This document shows positions 61,701 through 64,000 of a stretch of DNA of 64,000 bases, in pieces. Position 1 is the first letter of the stretch; every line of letters starts with the position of its first letter. The position numbers and the translations under genes are program-made. Source of the stretch: Basidiobolus meristosporus CBS 931.73 (Eukaryota > Fungi > Basidiobolomycota); the NCBI GenBank assembly GCA_002104905.1, contig MCFE01000246.1, positions 51,142 to 115,141 of the forward strand, in the 5' to 3' direction. The notes beneath the pieces are model-generated. The model was given only the letters and a program-made list of their open reading frames with translations. It ran no database searches and had not been told where the DNA came from.

Positions 61701-62089
61701 CAAGGAGGGAAATGGCATGATTCTTGAGGAAGTATGCCACATCATAGGAGGGGGCTTGTCTCTTGATGGCAGCAAAGAAAGACAGAATGGCAACATGGGC
61801 TGGAGGCTTGTTGAACAGTAGAGAGTCAGAGGATTCAGATTCTTCAGGCACTATCTTGAAGTCAGTTTTCAGCCAGTTAAGGTTCTTCTCCACAAAGGCA
61901 ACAAATGGGTCAGCAATGTTTTGGTCTAGGATAACCTCCAGAATCTTCCCTTTTCTCCAGGCCAGGTTGACAATTCTTGAGAGCTGAATATTGCATGCCT
62001 TGAGTGCTTTCCTGATGTTTGAAATGGGAGTCCAGGGAACTTGCTTCAAGTACACCACAGTCCAGGTAGAAGCTGGTGGTAGGTTTGCT
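58786..62089 (-). mobile_element. Telomeric LINE copy L3, longest copy (ORF1 C-terminus plus APE-RT ORF2), truncated within ORF1
   Basis: Carries ORF2 58840-61608 and an ORF1 frame that stays open to the telomeric junction; no poly(A) tail. Confidence 0.95.
58840..61608 (-). CDS. LINE ORF2: AP-endonuclease plus reverse transcriptase
   Basis: APE motifs LLNCNSI, YLPP, GDLN, VDW and SDH. RT motifs APGVD, YRPISLL, QFGF, FDITKAFD, QGSVLGP and FADD. First AUG only at 61185. Confidence 0.93.
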   Translation of the reverse strand, partial: LPEVLLLNCNSIQPSRPTLEGLLSRFSLLCLIDVQLPSILLTNLYCFSTPRTKNTSSICFISSTINTPQLCVPLYSPYCAALQLPTISLVLCYLPPSLALQEVQVICQKVQQYQQSISTPVILLGDLNIPHPENKTTLTARMKPRSTFLLNFLRESHLLALGAQSEKRCVDWICPSAAALYFVNEVKQFSGAELGSLRASDHSAWSLSMQPVVKKKLPKLTVLTHKATKYQKKDFGNYLKLASLLLSLPDDLNYAWLFVKHLILVSASLSLPCKTTAVTSRKWESIVSALQQSYLSFPNPKTEKLLLTAIHHSKAIHHTLHTQLWDHIMSSLPLQSSNSITRTVSRLYRAMRPSSRKLPSTEQLANIFFSTKQYSTPGFHPDFKTLPIPLALDQRRIHNVLKRLPNSTAPGVDTISYELLKTSTKAMSALLLPLFQQCSAQLSTPEEWSFANVLPLYKGKGKHLDPSSYRPISLLPTCRKVFELLLAQELYSDSLKFHPAQFGFVPGLSLEYAVILSQDHSLQCKYPSVLFDITKAFDSVDRNLLWSKLQCFSSTSLTLLVRSLFLDPQARILHPSEQSAVFSVPNGVVQGSVLGPILFAIFLNNFPRLSADCLVTLFADDIRISSSNVQQDSQTIHQYLQKNNLQLSIAKTVPLGSPINLENSTLPAQVSATYLGFPFLPTGLDSGAHLKKRIILARQALHKLLAVTPPTTSAPSCLLLLKQFVFPVLEFGLPLLSLTSRDCTKLDKFAVWCITSLVPHLPECPYRHAILGAFGFMPYKIRLLYLRTRLYLRLHNCNNPLIKAWKRTHHTTPDSCWRTILGDPEVKKFAEFILQSEKPKLAYLKYLTDLWQQYLQQHTPFMMNINPYHIPLINVVHKSFLPLLLPPFPLNSVFSTEELSSLLINLPTNSPQLHTLVSKLQQ

Positions 62090-62091
62090 GG
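61609..62091 (-). CDS. LINE ORF1 (gag-like) C-terminal part, lacking a start codon
   Basis: Frame is open from the telomeric junction (PANLPPASTWTVVYLKQVPWTPISNIRKALK..) to the TGA at 61609-61611. Confidence 0.7.
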   Translation of the reverse strand, partial: PANLPPASTWTVVYLKQVPWTPISNIRKALKACNIQLSRIVNLAWRKGKILEVILDQNIADPFVAFVEKNLNWLKTDFKIVPEESESSDSLLFNKPPAHVAILSFFAAIKRQAPSYDVAYFLKNHAISLLADLSDAPFEELWDSAGHIINAASEEATTSA

Positions 62092-62138
62092 GGGTTAGGG
62101 TTAGGGTTAGGGTTAGGGTTAGGTTTGGGTTAGGGGGG
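62090..62138 (+). repeat. Interstitial telomeric tract with variants
   Basis: ggggg(ttaggg)4ttaggtttgggttagggggg. Confidence 0.95.
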
Positions 62139-62655
62139 AGGAAAGTCACCAAGTGGTGAAATCTTTATTTACTTATGACAAGTATCTAAAGAAGCCAAGT
62201 TAATCTGAAGTAATTCCTAGAAAGCTAGGTCTGAGAGATATCTTCCTGGTAAGCCAGGTCTGAGAGTTGAGAAGCTGAGTGGTACTATATTTCCTAGTTA
62301 GCTAGGTCTGAGAGAGGTTTCCTGGAAAGCCAGGCCTGAGAAGTGAGAATCTGAATATATCTGAGCTAAGTTATACTGGTTTGCAGTAGCTAAATTGTGG
62401 CCGGAGTGGCCAGTAGACTGGGGGAACTGAGATGAATTTCTGGGCGATCACTGGCCAAATTTACTAGGCAAATCTGGCCAATTAGCATTTCAAGGATTTC
62501 AGCCAATCAGAGCCTTTACTTTGCCCGATGGTTGATCAAGCCATCTCCCAATGAGCACACATCAATTTATTAATCAAATTTTGCTGGATCCAGGATTTGA
62601 ACCCACCACCATGGGTATGGAAGGGTTAGGGATAACCACAAGGCTAAGTGTTCTT
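62139..62655 (-). mobile_element. Non-coding SINE-like element: tRNA-like head, four-hairpin array and LINE-like 3' tail
   Basis: A-box-like TAGCCTTGTGG (62646-62636) and B-box GGTTCAAATCC (62603-62593) at tRNA spacing. The 3' tail shares AAATAAAGATTTCACC-N4-GGTGA with the LINE. Both sides are flanked by telomeric repeats. Confidence 0.75.
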
Positions 62656-62670
62656 GGTTAGGGTTAGGGG

Positions 62671-62730
62671 ATGATCATCACCAAAGGGTGAAATCTTTAT
62701 TTAAATAAAGAAGCCAAGTTTGAATATGAA
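62671..62730 (-). mobile_element. 60-bp 3'-end stub of a related SINE/LINE family member
   Basis: tcaccaaagggtgaaatctttattt..aaagaagccaagtt, between GGTTAGGGTTAGGGG and TTAGGG. Confidence 0.8.
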
Positions 62731-62739
62731 TTAGGGGGG

Positions 62740-63855
62740 AGACAGTCACCAACAGGTGAAATCTTTATTTCAGTTGAAACAAAGAAGCCAGCGCTACTTT
62801 TGTAGCTTTGATAGAAGAGTGTGTAGCTGAGGGGAATTTGTAGGTAAGTTAATAAGAAGTGATGATAGCTCTTCAGTGCTCAAGACACTGTTCAGTGGGA
62901 AGGGGGGTAGCAAGAGAGGTAAGAATGACTTGTGAACAACATTAATGAGGGGAATGTGATAAGGATTGATATTCATCATAAATGGAGTGTGCTGCTGCAG
63001 ATATTGCTGCCAAAGGTCTGTCAAGTACTTCAGGTAGGCCAGCTTGGGTTTTTCTGACTGCAGAATAAAGTGAGCAAACTTCTTGACTTCAGGATCTCCA
63101 AGTATAGTTCTCCAGCAGGAACCAGGTGTTGTGTGGTGTGTTCTCTTCCAGGCCTTAATCAGTGGGTTGTTGCAGTTGTGAAGTCTGAGGTATAATCTGG
63201 TTCTAAGGTAGAGAAGTCTGATCTTATAGGGCATAAACCCAAAAGCACCAAGAATAGCATGTCTGTAGGGGCATTCAGGCAAATGAGGCACCAAGGAGGT
63301 AATGCACCATACTGCAAACTTGTCAAGCTTAGTGCAGTCTCTAGAAGTAAGAGAGAGAAGTGGTAAGCCAAATTCCAGGACAGGGAAGACAAACTGCTTG
63401 AGTAGAAGGAGGCAGCTGGGAGCTGAAGTTGTAGGAGGAGTAACAGCCAACAGCTTGTGGAGTGCCTGTCTTGCAAGGATAATTCTCTTCTTCAGGTGTG
63501 CTCCAGAGTCTAGTCCAGTAGGAAGGAAAGGAAAGCCAAGATATGTAGCAGAAACCTGAGCAGGTAGAGTGGAGTTCTCCAGGTTGATGGGAGAGCCCAA
63601 AGGTACTGTCTTTGCAATGGAAAGCTGGAGATTATTCTTCTGCAGATACTGGTGGATGGTCTGGGAGTCTTGTTGCACATTGGAGGAGGATATTCTGATG
63701 TCATCAGCAAAGAGAGTAACCAGGCAGTCAGCTGAGAGTCTTGGGAAGTCATTCAGGAAGATGGCAAACAGTATAGGACCAAGCACAGAGCCTTGAACCA
63801 CTCCATTAGGAACTGAGAACACAGCTGATTGCTCACTTGGGTGCAGAATTCTTGC
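62740..63855 (-). mobile_element. Telomeric LINE copy L4, 5'-truncated and directly capped by the telomere
   Basis: ORF 62794-63822; the element sequence cttgcttgtgg switches to cttgc-TTAGGG. Confidence 0.95.
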
Positions 63856-63873
63856 TTAGGGTTAGGGTTAGGG

Positions 63874-63914
<41 letters not shown>

Positions 63915-64000
63915 GGTTAGGGTTAGGGTTAGGGTTAGGGTTAGGGTTAGGGTTAGGGTTAGGGTTAGGGTTAGGGTTAGGGTTAGGGTTAGGGTTAGGG
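63856..64000 (+). repeat. Terminal telomere (TTAGGG)n with one TTTAGGG variant at ~63892
   Basis: Uninterrupted hexamer run to the end of the window, G-rich strand on +. Confidence 0.98.

Noticed and set aside
61910-62152. 80-aa ORF containing LTLTLTLT
   Set aside because: It is a translation of the telomeric repeat running across the junction.
62580-62655. Functional tRNA gene
   Set aside because: Acceptor, D and anticodon stems do not pair; only the A/B boxes and their spacing remain, so it is treated as a SINE head.
62139-62655. Telomerase RNA gene
   Set aside because: It contains CCCTAACCC but has retroelement junctions and a LINE-type tail, and I cannot identify a pseudoknot or CR4/5-like domain.

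Overview
Right-hand chromosome end of a fungus, probably an early-diverging lineage (inferred from gene content, small GT-AG introns and TTAGGG telomere). There are four zones. (1) 1-14.5 kb: CpG-depleted transposon nest with a decayed CACTA/EnSpm element and several Ty1/Copia copies, one full-length with 349-bp LTRs and a GATTT target-site duplication. (2) 16.8-49 kb: CpG-rich gene island with a GATA factor, DSN1, a palindromic pair of NDUFA4-like genes, a promethin-like gene, G-alpha, tyrosinase, a divergent cytochrome c, NBP35, an ArsB/Lsi2-like transporter, SDH1, HUS1, PNKP, an SDR and an ABCA transporter. (3) 49-55.9 kb: subtelomeric relics with a frameshifted methyltransferase. (4) 55.9-64 kb: a head-to-tail array of retroelements inserted in telomeric repeats and ending in (TTAGGG)n. 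The top candidate novelty is zone 4. It holds an APE+RT LINE that is almost CpG-free yet has an open ORF2, with ORF1 and ORF2 in frame across a UGA-CUA stop. Beside it is a ~515-bp tRNA-headed SINE-like element that shares the LINE 3' hairpin and carries four hairpins with compensatory base changes. All calls were made by eye; no database searches were run.
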